Shown: piece after piece, positions 28,439-40,217 of the stretch
How the letters are laid out: each line of letters starts with the position of its first letter
Position numbering within the stretch: the stretch's first letter is position 1
Assembly (NCBI GenBank): GCA_964599625.1
Contig: CAZRGC010000004.1
Coordinates: 75,705-139,704 of the forward strand
Length of the DNA stretch: 64,000 bases
Direction of reading: 5' to 3'
DNA from: an uncultured Gammaproteobacteria bacterium
GTDB lineage: Bacteria; Patescibacteriota; Microgenomatia; UBA8517
Notes under the pieces: generated by a model
What the model was told of the DNA's origin: nothing
Databases searched by the model: none
Seen by the model: only the letters and a program-made list of their open reading frames with translations
Translations under genes and position numbers: made by a program

Positions 28439-29165
28439 CAAAAATCGGTTTTACCAAAGAATAAACGGTCCGTTTTGCTTGGGAGTGTGGATACCAGTCT
28501 TTTTCGTCTTTGTCGGGGGTCCAATTTGTAATATTTTGGACTTTTAGACCTGATTTTCGAAGTTCCCGCCCCAAAACTAGTCCAATAACAGGATAGTAAG
28601 GAGGTCCAATGTGGGTTATGTCTTTTCCCATTTTTTCTAACTCTGAAGTCTTTTTTGCATAGTCGTCCTCCCCAAAAAAAATTTTACCAACCCGGTCTTT
28701 GACCCCGGCTTTGTCATAATGAAACATCGGAAAAAAATATGAAAGATTAGTTGTCAGAAGAAGTTCACCGTCTGGGCGTAATACTCTGAATATTTCTTTG
28801 AGCAACTCTCCCCTATTGGGACAGTGAACAAGTGCGTCTTTGAAATGCACCCCGTTAAAAAAGTTGTCAGGAAAAGGCATTGGGCCGATGGTTGTTTTTA
28901 CCCTGTCTTTGCGTTTCTGCTTTTCAAGCATGTCGCCAGAAATATCCAGTCTTATAGTTCTGATTTTATAGACTTCCAGATAATCAGAAGAACTGCCCGC
29001 TCCTGCGGCCAAGTCCAAAACAATTGGCTTTTGATATTTGTTTATTCGCTCTGAGTAAGGGTGTAATACTTGAGTTCGGTAGCTTAGGGGAGCCCCGTCG
29101 AACATATCAAATCTAACATCTGTGTCCCTGTTTCCGTATCTACTCAAAGCACTTAGTCTTTCCAT
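28428..29165 (-). CDS. class I SAM-dependent methyltransferase
   Basis: Motif I VLDLAAGAGSSS and post-II LRPDGELLLTT. Confidence 0.7.
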   Translation of the reverse strand: MERLSALSRYGNRDTDVRFDMFDGAPLSYRTQVLHPYSERINKYQKPIVLDLAAGAGSSSDYLEVYKIRTIRLDISGDMLEKQKRKDRVKTTIGPMPFPDNFFNGVHFKDALVHCPNRGELLKEIFRVLRPDGELLLTTNLSYFFPMFHYDKAGVKDRVGKIFFGEDDYAKKTSELEKMGKDITHIGPPYYPVIGLVLGRELRKSGLKVQNITNWTPDKDEKDWYPHSQAKRTVYSLVKPIFANG

Positions 29166-29218
29166 GCGGCGATTGTACTACTACAACCGATAGTTTGGAA
29201 TATTTAATTACGATGAGG

Positions 29219-31180
<1,962 letters not shown>

Positions 31181-31185
31181 CTATC

Positions 31186-31803
31186 TTAATTTTTTGAGCT
31201 TTTCAATGGGTTAGCCGAAAGAATTATGGCCAAGTTGGAAAGTTGAAGATTTATATATCCATTGCCTTTGATTTTATTCCAAGTTTTAATAGCTTCTTCT
31301 GCAACTTTTGCTGAGTTTTTGTAGTTTGTTTCTCCCTTTTCCATCTGAATTCTTAAATACTCAATTATCCCGGTTACCAAGTCCAAGGCCTCTGACCTTT
31401 CTTTTATTTTATCAATTGCGTTAAACATTTCTCCGGGAGATTTTTCAATAAACTTTTGTGCTTTTTCTGTTAACTTTTCGTTTATCTCCAGAGGTTTATC
31501 CCAAACCACCTGGCACCTTGAGACTATTGTTGGAAGAACTTTTGAAAGTGATTGAGTAGTAAGGACAAAGTAAATGTTTTTTTGCGGCTCTTCAAGATTC
31601 TTGAGAAAAGCGTTGATTGCTTCTTCGGTGGCTTGTTCAATATTTCTGCAAATTATTGCTGTTTTTTCGGGATAGTGCAGCCTTAAACTTTTTGCAAGAT
31701 CTCTGGTGTGTTCAATTTTTTGGATTGGAAATTCCAAAGGTTTGGCATTCAATTTGTTTATAAGTGTGTCAACATTTTCTCCTACAACCAAAAATGCATG
31801 CAT
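31186..31803 (-). CDS. holB: short DNA polymerase III delta-prime-like clamp-loader subunit
   Basis: AINAFLKNLEEP...LPTIVSRCQVV (sensor-1/SRC motif). No Walker A, and only 205 aa. Confidence 0.55.
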   Translation of the reverse strand: MHAFLVVGENVDTLINKLNAKPLEFPIQKIEHTRDLAKSLRLHYPEKTAIICRNIEQATEEAINAFLKNLEEPQKNIYFVLTTQSLSKVLPTIVSRCQVVWDKPLEINEKLTEKAQKFIEKSPGEMFNAIDKIKERSEALDLVTGIIEYLRIQMEKGETNYKNSAKVAEEAIKTWNKIKGNGYINLQLSNLAIILSANPLKSSKN

Positions 31804-31836
31804 ATGCGTATATTATCTCATTCTTGATGTTTTGGC

Positions 31837-33594
31837 TTGATACCCCCAATCAAATCATGCATAATGATTTTAATGCCTACTTCTGACGATTCTACAAAAA
31901 CATTGGCCGATATTTTGGTCGATCTTGGTGCGTTGGACAAAGCACGCGCAGATCAGGTAAAGCTTGCAGAGGTTCAAAGCGGAAACACTCAAGAAGACAT
32001 CTTGCGCAGGGGCAACATGGTATCTCAATCCAAAATAGTCCAGGCCAAGGCTCAACTTTACAATATCGCCTATATCGATCTAAGTAATATTCCTGTGGTT
32101 CCCGATGCACTTTCTGCACTTCAATCCGAAGTTGCGGAGAGGTTCAAAGTTTTCCCGGTCGATTTGGATAAGAAAGAAAAAGTACTCGGCCTTGCAATGG
32201 CGGACCCACTCGATCTTTCCACCATTGAATTTATCGAGCAAAAAACAGGTTACAGAGTTAAACCTTACGCATCAGAGGAAGATAAGATAATTGACTTTAT
32301 AAGAACCAGGTATACAACAACACTTACCCGTGAAGTGAACGCCGCATTAAAAGATGTTGGCCCTGGTGCCAACACTCCTGACCAAAGGTCGATTGAGGCG
32401 GCCAAAGGCGGATTTATAAGGGAGGAAAAAATCGCAGAAATAGTTTCCCAGATTTTGGACTTTGCTATCAAGTCTCGCGCGTCTGATATTCATATTGAAC
32501 CTCAGGAAAAAACCACAAGAGTTCGTTATCGTATAGACGGTATTTTGCAGGAAAAGTTAACAATACCCAAAGCTCTTCATGACTCTCTAGTTTCCAGAAT
32601 CAAAATTCTCAGCGGAATGAAAATAGACGAAAAAAGAATTCCTCAAGACGGTCGTTTTAATTTCAAAGGATCAGAAGAAGAGGTCGATCTTCGTATCAGT
32701 AGCCTTCCAACCACTTGGGGGGAGAAGATAGTCATGCGTCTTTTGAAAAAGACTGGTGGTGTTCCTACACTTTCAGACCTTGGCCTTAGAGGTAGAGGTC
32801 TGAAAAATCTTCAGGATTCAATTTTGCGTCCCCACGGAATCATTTTGATTTGCGGCCCTACAGGTTCGGGGAAAACTACAACTTTGTATTCTGTTATTTC
32901 TGCATTGAATACACCAAAAGTAAATATTGTTACTTTGGAGGACCCGGTGGAATACAAAATGGCGGGCGTAAATCAGGTGCAGATAAATCCAGCCGTTGGC
33001 CTTACATTTGCGGAAGGGCTCAAGTCGTTTTTGCGTCAGGACCCTAACATTATTTTGGTGGGAGAGATTCGTGACCGGGAAACTGCCGACTTGGCCATCC
33101 AGGCAGCACTAACGGGGCATTTGGTTTTTTCTACCCTTCATACAAACGATGCTTCAGGTGCTTTGCCCCGCCTTTTGGATATGGGTGCCGAGCCATATCT
33201 TTTGGCATCTTCCATGACGTGTATTGTAGCCCAAAGGGTTGTCCGCAAAATTCACGATGACTGCAAAGAAGGATATCCCGCAGACGGACAGTTGGTTGAC
33301 GAGATCAAACGCGAACTTGGGACACTTTGGCAACCAAAGGCAGCCCCACAATTTTTCAAGGGTAAGGGCGATGCCGATTGTGGAAATTCCGGTTACTACG
33401 GACGTGTAGGAATTTTTGAAGTGCTTCCTGTTACGGAGCGTGTCGGAAAGCTTATTTTGGAAAGGGCGTCTGCATCGGACATTGACAAGGCAGCCAAAGA
33501 AGAGGGTATGATTACATTGAAACAGGACGGATATTTGAAAGTTGTTGAAGGCACAACTACTGTGGAGGAAATATTGAGAGTGGCTCAAGAATAG
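31837..33594 (+). CDS. pilB: type IV pilus assembly ATPase PilB/GspE
   Basis: N-terminal T2SSE_N (LADILVDLGAL), Walker A ILICGPTGSGKTTTLYS, tetracysteine CKEGY...CGNSGYYGR. The start may be an internal Met, since the gap to divergent holB is only 33 bp. Confidence 0.92.
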   Translation: MIPPIKSCIMILMPTSDDSTKTLADILVDLGALDKARADQVKLAEVQSGNTQEDILRRGNMVSQSKIVQAKAQLYNIAYIDLSNIPVVPDALSALQSEVAERFKVFPVDLDKKEKVLGLAMADPLDLSTIEFIEQKTGYRVKPYASEEDKIIDFIRTRYTTTLTREVNAALKDVGPGANTPDQRSIEAAKGGFIREEKIAEIVSQILDFAIKSRASDIHIEPQEKTTRVRYRIDGILQEKLTIPKALHDSLVSRIKILSGMKIDEKRIPQDGRFNFKGSEEEVDLRISSLPTTWGEKIVMRLLKKTGGVPTLSDLGLRGRGLKNLQDSILRPHGIILICGPTGSGKTTTLYSVISALNTPKVNIVTLEDPVEYKMAGVNQVQINPAVGLTFAEGLKSFLRQDPNIILVGEIRDRETADLAIQAALTGHLVFSTLHTNDASGALPRLLDMGAEPYLLASSMTCIVAQRVVRKIHDDCKEGYPADGQLVDEIKRELGTLWQPKAAPQFFKGKGDADCGNSGYYGRVGIFEVLPVTERVGKLILERASASDIDKAAKEEGMITLKQDGYLKVVEGTTTVEEILRVAQE

Positions 33595-33601
33595 AAATAA
33601 G

Positions 33602-33636
33602 GTGGATAAAAGTTTGCTAAAGCAAACTGCGTCCAC
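33602..33636 (+). promoter_or_regulatory. nested perfect hairpin (AGTTTGCT-AA-AGCAAACT inside GTGGA...TCCAC) between pilB and pilT
   Basis: The palindrome is seen directly. No downstream T-run, so it is not a canonical intrinsic terminator. Confidence 0.4.
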
Positions 33637-33739
33637 ATTGAAACAAAATGGACATAAGCGCTTAGCCTTCGGCCAAGACAAAGCTTGAGTCCAAAAATGA
33701 ATTTTATGGACATAAGCAAAGCTTGAATCCAATAAAAAT

Positions 33740-34798
33740 ATGGATATAAAACAATACTTACAAATGGTTATAGATTCCAAGGCATCTGACTTGCATTTGA
33801 TTGCCGGAATTCCGCCAACGTTGCGTATAGAAGGCGAACTTACTCCAGTTACAAATATGGGGATTTCATCGGCGGAATCTATTTCCGAGCTTCTTAAACA
33901 AAGTCTTACCAGCGAGCAGTTGGAAAGGCTTAATGTAAACAAAGAAATCGATTTTTCCATAGCATTCTCCGACAAAGCAAGGTTCAGGGTTAACGCTTAT
34001 ACTGCCAAAAATAATTTGGCTGCAGCGTTCAGGTTGATTCCTTTGACAATTCCCCCGGTGGACACCCTTGGTTTGCCCAAGATTTTGCATTCATTTACTG
34101 GACTAAGACAAGGTTTAGTATTGGTTACCGGTCCAACTGGTCATGGAAAATCCACGACCTTGGCATCAATGATAAACGAGATCAATATCAACCGCGCAGC
34201 ACATATAGTGACAATAGAAGACCCAATTGAGTTTGTGTTTAGTCCCAGTAAGTCAATTATTTCCCAAAGAGAGATGCGCACTGACAGCCATTCTTGGGAG
34301 ATTGCTCTGCGATCAGTGCTTCGTGAAGATCCTGATGTTGTGCTTGTGGGTGAGATGCGGGATTACGAAACAATTGCCGCCGCCCTAACTGTTGCAGAAA
34401 CGGGACACTTGGTTTTTGCGACTCTCCATACAAATTCGGCTGCTCAAACGATTGATAGAATTGTTGATGTATTTCCACAGGAACAACAGGGGCAAGTCAG
34501 GCTGCAGTTAAGCAATGTGATAGAAGCAGTGTTTTCCCAAAGACTAATACAAGGCATAGACAGAAAGCGTGTAATTGCACACGAAGTAATGCTTGGAACT
34601 ACAGCTATTAGAACTTCAATCCGGGAAGGTAAAACTCATCAGATTGAAAGTATTTTGGAGACTTCACAAGAAGCAGGTATGAGTACAATAGAGAGATCCC
34701 TGGCCGACCTTGTGAAAAGAGGAATCATATCAATGGAAGTTGCCCAGTCCTGGTCCCTAAGACCTGAGGAGTTATCCAGACTGGTAAGGCAGATATGA
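33740..34798 (+). CDS. pilT: twitching-motility retraction ATPase PilT
   Basis: Walker A LVLVTGPTGHGKSTTLASMI, Asp box, and the PilT-type AIRNLIRE-like TAIRTSIREGK. Confidence 0.92.
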   Translation: MDIKQYLQMVIDSKASDLHLIAGIPPTLRIEGELTPVTNMGISSAESISELLKQSLTSEQLERLNVNKEIDFSIAFSDKARFRVNAYTAKNNLAAAFRLIPLTIPPVDTLGLPKILHSFTGLRQGLVLVTGPTGHGKSTTLASMINEININRAAHIVTIEDPIEFVFSPSKSIISQREMRTDSHSWEIALRSVLREDPDVVLVGEMRDYETIAAALTVAETGHLVFATLHTNSAAQTIDRIVDVFPQEQQGQVRLQLSNVIEAVFSQRLIQGIDRKRVIAHEVMLGTTAIRTSIREGKTHQIESILETSQEAGMSTIERSLADLVKRGIISMEVAQSWSLRPEELSRLVRQI

Positions 34799-34799
34799 T

Positions 34800-36008
34800 A
34801 TGAACAACAGATTCAACTACAAAGCCAAGGACAAGCACGGAAAGTTGACCACCGGAGAGGTGGAGGCTGCAAACGTTTCCGAAGCGGCAAAACTTATTAG
34901 GAACAAGGGTTTTTATGTAATTTCTATATCTCCAAAGATGGACTCGCCTTTTGCGCTACTCAAGCGTGTGCGGGAAAGAATCACAACACAGGATGTTGCA
35001 ACTTTTACAAGACAGCTTTCGACAATGATTAACGCCGGACTTCCAATTACAGAAGCTCTTTTGGTTCTTAGGTCGCAGTCCAAAGGTCCGATGCAGGTGA
35101 TTGTCGCCCAAATTCTGGCCGATGTAGAAGCAGGAGAATCACTCTCGGCATCGATGGAAAAACACAACAAGATTTTTTCAAGAACTTATATAGCTCTTGT
35201 TAAGTCCGGTGAGGTCGGTGGAGTTATGGACACCGTGCTTTCGCGTTTGGCAGACACTTTGGAAAAACAACAGGAATTTAACGGCAAGGTAAAAGGTGCT
35301 CTTATTTATCCGGCAATTATCGTTATCGGTATGGTGATAGTTTCTTTTATCATGATGATTTTTGTTATCCCGCGCCTTACCTCGCTTTATTCAGAATTCA
35401 ATGCAGAGCTCCCCTTGCCCACTAAGGTCTTGATTGGCATATCCACATTTATGGTTAATTACTGGTTTATTATTCTGGGGCTTTTTGGGATGGGACTTTA
35501 TATATTTAGTCTTTACCGAAAGACCCCCGAAGGTAAACGACAGACTGATGAGTTGATGTTTAAAATTCCGGTGTTTGGCGACCTGCAACGACAGGTAATT
35601 ATGACGGAGCTGACAAGAACAATGTCTTTGATGGTTGGTTCCGGTGTGCCAATTTTGGAGGCGTTGAATATTACAGCCGAAGTTGTTGCCAATAGTTTGA
35701 TATCTGACGCTCTCAAAGACGCTGCATCACAAGTGGAAAAAGGGTTTCCGATTGCATTTTCTTTTTCGCGCCATCCAGAGGCGTTTCCATTCTTGTTGTC
35801 ACAGATGATTGCAGTTGGTGAGGAAACCGGAAAAATGGATGAGGTGCTGCAAAAAATAAGTCATATTTTCGAAGTTGAATCTGACGAAAAAGTAAAAGGA
35901 CTTACTGCTGCAATCGAACCTTTGGTCATGGTGCTTTTGGGACTTGGCGTTGGATTTTTGGTAATAGCCGTTATCTTGCCGATATATAATTTGACCAGTC
36001 AGTTCTAA
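34800..36008 (+). CDS. pilC: type IV pilus platform protein PilC/GspF
   Basis: Two T2SSF repeats (…ALIYPAIIV… / …AAIEPLVMVLLG…) and 3 TM helices. It starts 2 nt after the pilT stop. Confidence 0.88.
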   Translation: MNNRFNYKAKDKHGKLTTGEVEAANVSEAAKLIRNKGFYVISISPKMDSPFALLKRVRERITTQDVATFTRQLSTMINAGLPITEALLVLRSQSKGPMQVIVAQILADVEAGESLSASMEKHNKIFSRTYIALVKSGEVGGVMDTVLSRLADTLEKQQEFNGKVKGALIYPAIIVIGMVIVSFIMMIFVIPRLTSLYSEFNAELPLPTKVLIGISTFMVNYWFIILGLFGMGLYIFSLYRKTPEGKRQTDELMFKIPVFGDLQRQVIMTELTRTMSLMVGSGVPILEALNITAEVVANSLISDALKDAASQVEKGFPIAFSFSRHPEAFPFLLSQMIAVGEETGKMDEVLQKISHIFEVESDEKVKGLTAAIEPLVMVLLGLGVGFLVIAVILPIYNLTSQF

Positions 36009-36032
36009 ATCTTTGCAAGTTTGTAAAAGCAC

Positions 36033-36677
36033 TTGACAAGAGTTTTTAATAAAGTAATACTTAATTATCGTATGAAGAAAGTACTTGCCCAGGGTTTTAC
36101 ATTAGTTGAGCTTCTCATAGTCATAGGTCTTCTTGGTGCTATCGCACTTATCGTTATCGCAGCTATAAATCCAATCGAACAAGCCAACAGAGCCAGAGAT
36201 GCCAGATTTAATGCAGACGGCGGACAGATGATTTCTGCAATTGAAAGATATTTTGCATCTCACAGCAAATTCCCATGGGAAGGTTGTGCGGCTGCCGGTT
36301 GTACAGCAAGTTCTGAAGCAGCATTTGGATTCCAAGCTGCCGGAACCGAAGCCGTTGGTCTTTGTGGAGCAAGTTGTGCTACGGCCGGTCTTTTGATCAG
36401 TAACGACGAGTTAAAAACAGAATTTTTGGGAAGAGATTGGGTTTCCGGCGCAACTGCCGACAAAGAAATCCAGGTCGGTAAAGCCTCAGGTTCATCTGCG
36501 AGCGTCTATGCCTGCTACATTCCTCTTTCCAAGTCAACACGGGACAAGGCTATAACCGCTGCCAAAGTACACTCGTTGGGATTTGCAGCTAACGGCACAG
36601 TAGCAACTACAAACGCCTGCACATCAGCAAGCGATAACTGGACCGCAAATCTCTGCTACGTTTGTATCCCTGAGTAA
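36033..36677 (+). CDS. type IV pilin (probable major pilin)
   Basis: Prepilin motif KKVLAQG|FTLVELLIVIGLLG (G-1, F+1, E+5). The true start is likely the internal Met at ~36072. The C-terminus is Cys-containing. Confidence 0.8.
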   Translation: MTRVFNKVILNYRMKKVLAQGFTLVELLIVIGLLGAIALIVIAAINPIEQANRARDARFNADGGQMISAIERYFASHSKFPWEGCAAAGCTASSEAAFGFQAAGTEAVGLCGASCATAGLLISNDELKTEFLGRDWVSGATADKEIQVGKASGSSASVYACYIPLSKSTRDKAITAAKVHSLGFAANGTVATTNACTSASDNWTANLCYVCIPE

Positions 36678-36678
36678 A

Positions 36679-37431
36679 GTGGAACTCTTTCATTTTTTTC
36701 TTTTTGTAATTGGTTTATCTTTTGGTTCATTCTTTGCCGCTTTTTCTTACAGGATCCCAAACGGAATTTCGATAATCAAAGGTCGAAGTTTTTGCCCAAG
36801 ATGCAAAAATCCTATTAAGTGGTTTGATAACATACCGCTAATTTCCTATTTATTTCTTGGTGGTGTTTGCAGGCACTGCAGAAAAAGAATATCTTCGAGA
36901 TATATTTTTATTGAGTTGGCAACAGGTTTAACCTTCTACCTTGTTTCCTTTGTGGCAGTGGATCCAGTTTTGCTTTTGTTTTTACTTTTTATCGCCTCGA
37001 TACTAATTTTGATATTTATTATTGATTTAGAGCATCAGATTATTCCCGACGGACTCGTCTTTGCGGCTTTTTTAGTGACTTTGGCAAAAGTTCTGGTATT
37101 TGACAATCGTTTCTTTTTTGAGGCGGTTTTTTCCGGATTTTTGGCTGCCCTTTTTTTGTTGTTGGTGCATTTGTTTACAAAAGGTCGTGGAATGGGTCTT
37201 GGTGATGTAAAGTTTGCTGTTTTTGGTGGAATGTTTATTGGGCTAAGACTTTTACCGATATGGTTATTTGTATCCTTTTTGAGCGGCGCTATTGTGGGAA
37301 TAATATTAATATTATTTAAGTTCTCCAAACTTAAGGACAAAATTGCATTCGGACCCTTTTTGATAGCCGGACTTGTTGCAACTTATTTTTGGGGGCATAC
37401 TATATATAGCTACTTGTTCCTTTTACGATGA
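36679..37431 (+). CDS. pilD: prepilin peptidase (A24 family) PilD
   Basis: N-terminal CPRC...CRHC zinc box, polytopic, and the conserved Asp contexts LGDVKFA / IIDLEHQIIPD. Confidence 0.85.
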   Translation: MELFHFFLFVIGLSFGSFFAAFSYRIPNGISIIKGRSFCPRCKNPIKWFDNIPLISYLFLGGVCRHCRKRISSRYIFIELATGLTFYLVSFVAVDPVLLLFLLFIASILILIFIIDLEHQIIPDGLVFAAFLVTLAKVLVFDNRFFFEAVFSGFLAALFLLLVHLFTKGRGMGLGDVKFAVFGGMFIGLRLLPIWLFVSFLSGAIVGIILILFKFSKLKDKIAFGPFLIAGLVATYFWGHTIYSYLFLLR

Positions 37432-38039
37432 GCAAAAGACACACAAAATTTAAAAAAACTTCCGGGGTTACTTTGATGGAGCTTATATTGGTAATACTTT
37501 TAGTTGCCATTTTGATAATGATTTTTATCACCTACTTCAGATCTCAAATATTCCGTGCAAATGATGCAAAAAGAAAGGGAGACTTGGACAGAATCAAGAT
37601 AGCAGTGGAAGAATACGAAAAAGACTACAACTGCTACCCTCCCCCAAGCATCATGGGATGCGATCCGGGCAACGGACTCTCACCATATTTGGAAAAGCTG
37701 CCTTGTGACCCGACAACAAAAGCTTCTTATTATTACGATTATGACCTTTCCAGCTCTTGCGCAAAGTGGTATAGGATTTTTACAAATGTGTCTGATTCGG
37801 ATAGTGCTGTAATGCAGGATTGTGGTCCGGGAAATGCATATAACTTTTACACCTCCTCTCCCAATGCCCCAAGCTGCCAACTTCAGGATATTGGTGGTTT
37901 CTACGGATGCAGAAGCGGTGTGTGTATGCCTATTCTTTGGGATGAGACACGCCCTGGTCCGGAATGCGATCCAAATTTCCAAAGTTCGACATGTTTTGGG
38001 CAATGCAATCTTCAGACCGAATGTAAACCATGGAAATAA
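37428..38039 (+). CDS. pilin-like protein
   Basis: KKTSG|VTLMELILVILLVAIL prepilin-type N-terminus with a Cys-rich C-terminal domain. Confidence 0.7.
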   Translation: MSKRHTKFKKTSGVTLMELILVILLVAILIMIFITYFRSQIFRANDAKRKGDLDRIKIAVEEYEKDYNCYPPPSIMGCDPGNGLSPYLEKLPCDPTTKASYYYDYDLSSSCAKWYRIFTNVSDSDSAVMQDCGPGNAYNFYTSSPNAPSCQLQDIGGFYGCRSGVCMPILWDETRPGPECDPNFQSSTCFGQCNLQTECKPWK

Positions 38040-38623
38040 ATTTACTTAAATTTTCCAAACAAGAAACATTGGCCTTGGTTATAATTTTTGCGATATTGGT
38101 TGGTGTTTCGTTACCTAACTTTGCAACCAGCCTAAGGCGCGGCAGAGATCAAAACAGAAAAGACGACATGGGGGCAATCCAAAAAGCACTGGCAAACTAT
38201 TTGGGGGATTTTGGAGAGCTTCCCAGGTCCACCGAAGATGGCCGTATAGTCGCTTGTAAAAAACCGGAAGACAAAGTTACATTGGACCAAAAAGGCAGGC
38301 TTGTTGTTAATTTGATTCCATGCGAATGGGGCAAGGATAAATTTTATGATTTAACACCCGGAAGCAGTAAGGTTTACATGGAAATATTACCAGGAGATCC
38401 TCACGCGGAAAAGGGTGTAAGATACCACTTCTTATCCGACACAAAGAGGTTCCAGTTGTTTTCTTCATTGGAATCCAAAGACGATGTAGAGTATGATAAA
38501 AATATAATTGCGCGCAATATAAATTGCGGATCGAGAATTTGTAATTTGGGCAGGCATTATGCTTGCGTACTTACAAAAACACTTGAGGAGTGTGAACAGG
38601 AAGCAATAAATTCTGCCAAATGA
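38030..38623 (+). CDS. pilin-like protein with degenerate prepilin N-terminus
   Basis: Hydrophobic N-terminal helix ETLALVIIFAILVGVSL, then a globular domain. It lacks the E+5. Confidence 0.5.
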   Translation: MEINLLKFSKQETLALVIIFAILVGVSLPNFATSLRRGRDQNRKDDMGAIQKALANYLGDFGELPRSTEDGRIVACKKPEDKVTLDQKGRLVVNLIPCEWGKDKFYDLTPGSSKVYMEILPGDPHAEKGVRYHFLSDTKRFQLFSSLESKDDVEYDKNIIARNINCGSRICNLGRHYACVLTKTLEECEQEAINSAK

Positions 38624-39147
38624 AAATAAGACTGAAAGGTTTTACTCTGATCGAGCTCATGGTTGTCATGGCAATACTTGGTGTATTGGTTACCATCGCA
38701 CTTGTATCGTTTAGAAGCTCTCAAGCAAGAGGAAGAGATGCCCAAAGAAAGTCTGACCTCAAACAACTATCAAACGCTTTGGAACTTTTTTATTCTGACT
38801 ACCAAAAGTATCCCGACAGTGCAGCTGGGTCTTTGCAGGCTTGTTCATATGACCCCACAACAGACAGCGGCTCCCCGTGTTCTTGGGGCGCAGGAAGCTT
38901 TACAGACGGCAAGACGGTGTACTTTAAAGTGGTACCCAAAGATCCTACAGAAGGTTTTGATTATTACTACAATATTGTTGACCCACCGACAAATCAAAAG
39001 TTTCAACTTTTTACTTATATAGAAAACACACAAGATCAGGGATGTGTAGGTGGAGACTGCACCAACTCTCCCCTATCCATAAGCTGTGGTGGCGGAAAAA
39101 CTTGCAATTTTTCTATTACCAGTCCAAACACAACACCGCTAGAATAA
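38620..39147 (+). CDS. type IV pilin
   Basis: LKG|FTLIELMVVMAILGVL, then the conserved ...ARGRDAQRKSDLKQLSNALELFYSDY. Confidence 0.8.
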   Translation: MKIRLKGFTLIELMVVMAILGVLVTIALVSFRSSQARGRDAQRKSDLKQLSNALELFYSDYQKYPDSAAGSLQACSYDPTTDSGSPCSWGAGSFTDGKTVYFKVVPKDPTEGFDYYYNIVDPPTNQKFQLFTYIENTQDQGCVGGDCTNSPLSISCGGGKTCNFSITSPNTTPLE

Positions 39148-39189
39148 CTTAACTTTTGTTTAAATAACCTTTACAATGAACTTACTGCC

Positions 39190-39663
39190 ATGAAAATAAA
39201 TAAAAAAATATTTGGCTTCACACTAATTGAGCTTCTCGTCGTTGTATCTATAATTGGTGTTTTGGCGACGCTTGTTGTTGCGAATATGAATACTGCCAGG
39301 GGGCGTGCCAGAGATGCTGCCAGAAAATCTGATCTTAAAAACCTGTCAACAGCTTTGCGTTTGTATTTTAACGATAAGGGAATTTATCCCGCCAATAATG
39401 CATCCGGGGAGATAATGGGCTGTGGAGGTCTTGGAACTACACTTTGCAATTGGGGTGATCCGTGGACAGTTGGAACTACTACCTACATGCCCGCTATCCC
39501 CAAAGATCCCATTACCAACCAGGTATATAAATACGAGCGAGGTGTTAATCAGGACACATTTACACTGTCTGCTTGTTTGGAAAACGAAAGCGATGCGTCC
39601 GGTGTGGCAACAAGTGATTCTAGTTGGTGTTCTACTCAGTGGCAGTTTCAGATACAAATATGA
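39190..39663 (+). CDS. type IV pilin
   Basis: IFG|FTLIELLVVVSIIGVL...ARGRARDAARKSDLKNLSTALRLYFND. Confidence 0.8.
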   Translation: MKINKKIFGFTLIELLVVVSIIGVLATLVVANMNTARGRARDAARKSDLKNLSTALRLYFNDKGIYPANNASGEIMGCGGLGTTLCNWGDPWTVGTTTYMPAIPKDPITNQVYKYERGVNQDTFTLSACLENESDASGVATSDSSWCSTQWQFQIQI

Positions 39664-40217
39664 AAAAGAACGGTTTTACATTAATTAATCCAACTTCTGA
39701 GAGCAAAACAAAAGGCTTCACTCTCATGAATCCAACTTCTGAGGGCAAAGCTAAAGGCTTTACCCTCATTGAACTATTGGTTGTTATTTCCATAATTGGT
39801 ATTTTGGCTGCGTTGGCAATGGTCTCATTTACGGCATCGCAGAGACAGGCAAGAGACACGGCAAGAAAATCTGACCTCAAACAATACCAAACTGCTTTGG
39901 AGTCTTTTGCGAATCAAAATAGCAGCCTATTCCCATCCCGTCCCGACGGTTCAGGTGCAACAGCATCTACAACATTGTGTGCCGATATAAGTATGACCAC
40001 TTGTCCCGAAGATGCCAAAAATGCCACAGACAATACATATGTATACAAATATCAATCCGACGGCGCGGCCTCAACTGGTGCAGCCACTGCCACTAGTTAT
40101 GTTTTGTGGGCAAAACTTGAAAACGTTACAGGATACTTCTTACTTTGTTCAAACGGAAAGTCTGGAACCATGCTTCAGGCAAGTCTTACTGTTTCTAGTG
40201 GAAACTGTCCTCTATGA
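39660..40217 (+). CDS. type IV pilin with tandem-duplicated leader (MKKNGFTLINPTSESKTKGFTLMNPTSEGKAKG|FTLIELL)
   Basis: ATGA start/stop overlap with the previous pilin. The leader contains two G-FTL cleavage-like sites before the real hydrophobic N-terminus. Confidence 0.75.
   Translation: MKKNGFTLINPTSESKTKGFTLMNPTSEGKAKGFTLIELLVVISIIGILAALAMVSFTASQRQARDTARKSDLKQYQTALESFANQNSSLFPSRPDGSGATASTTLCADISMTTCPEDAKNATDNTYVYKYQSDGAASTGAATATSYVLWAKLENVTGYFLLCSNGKSGTMLQASLTVSSGNCPL
39672..39755 (+). repeat. 42-bp tandem direct repeat (2 copies) encoding GFTL(I/M)NPTSE(S/G)K(T/A)K in the pilin leader
   Basis: Copy 1 is 39672-39713 and copy 2 is 39714-39755. A third copy lies at 40244-40285 in the next pilin gene. 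Confidence 0.8.

Noticed and set aside
37035-38003. Minus-strand ORFs 37035..37340 and 37680..38003
   Set aside because: Antisense to pilD and a pilin gene, with basic low-complexity translations.
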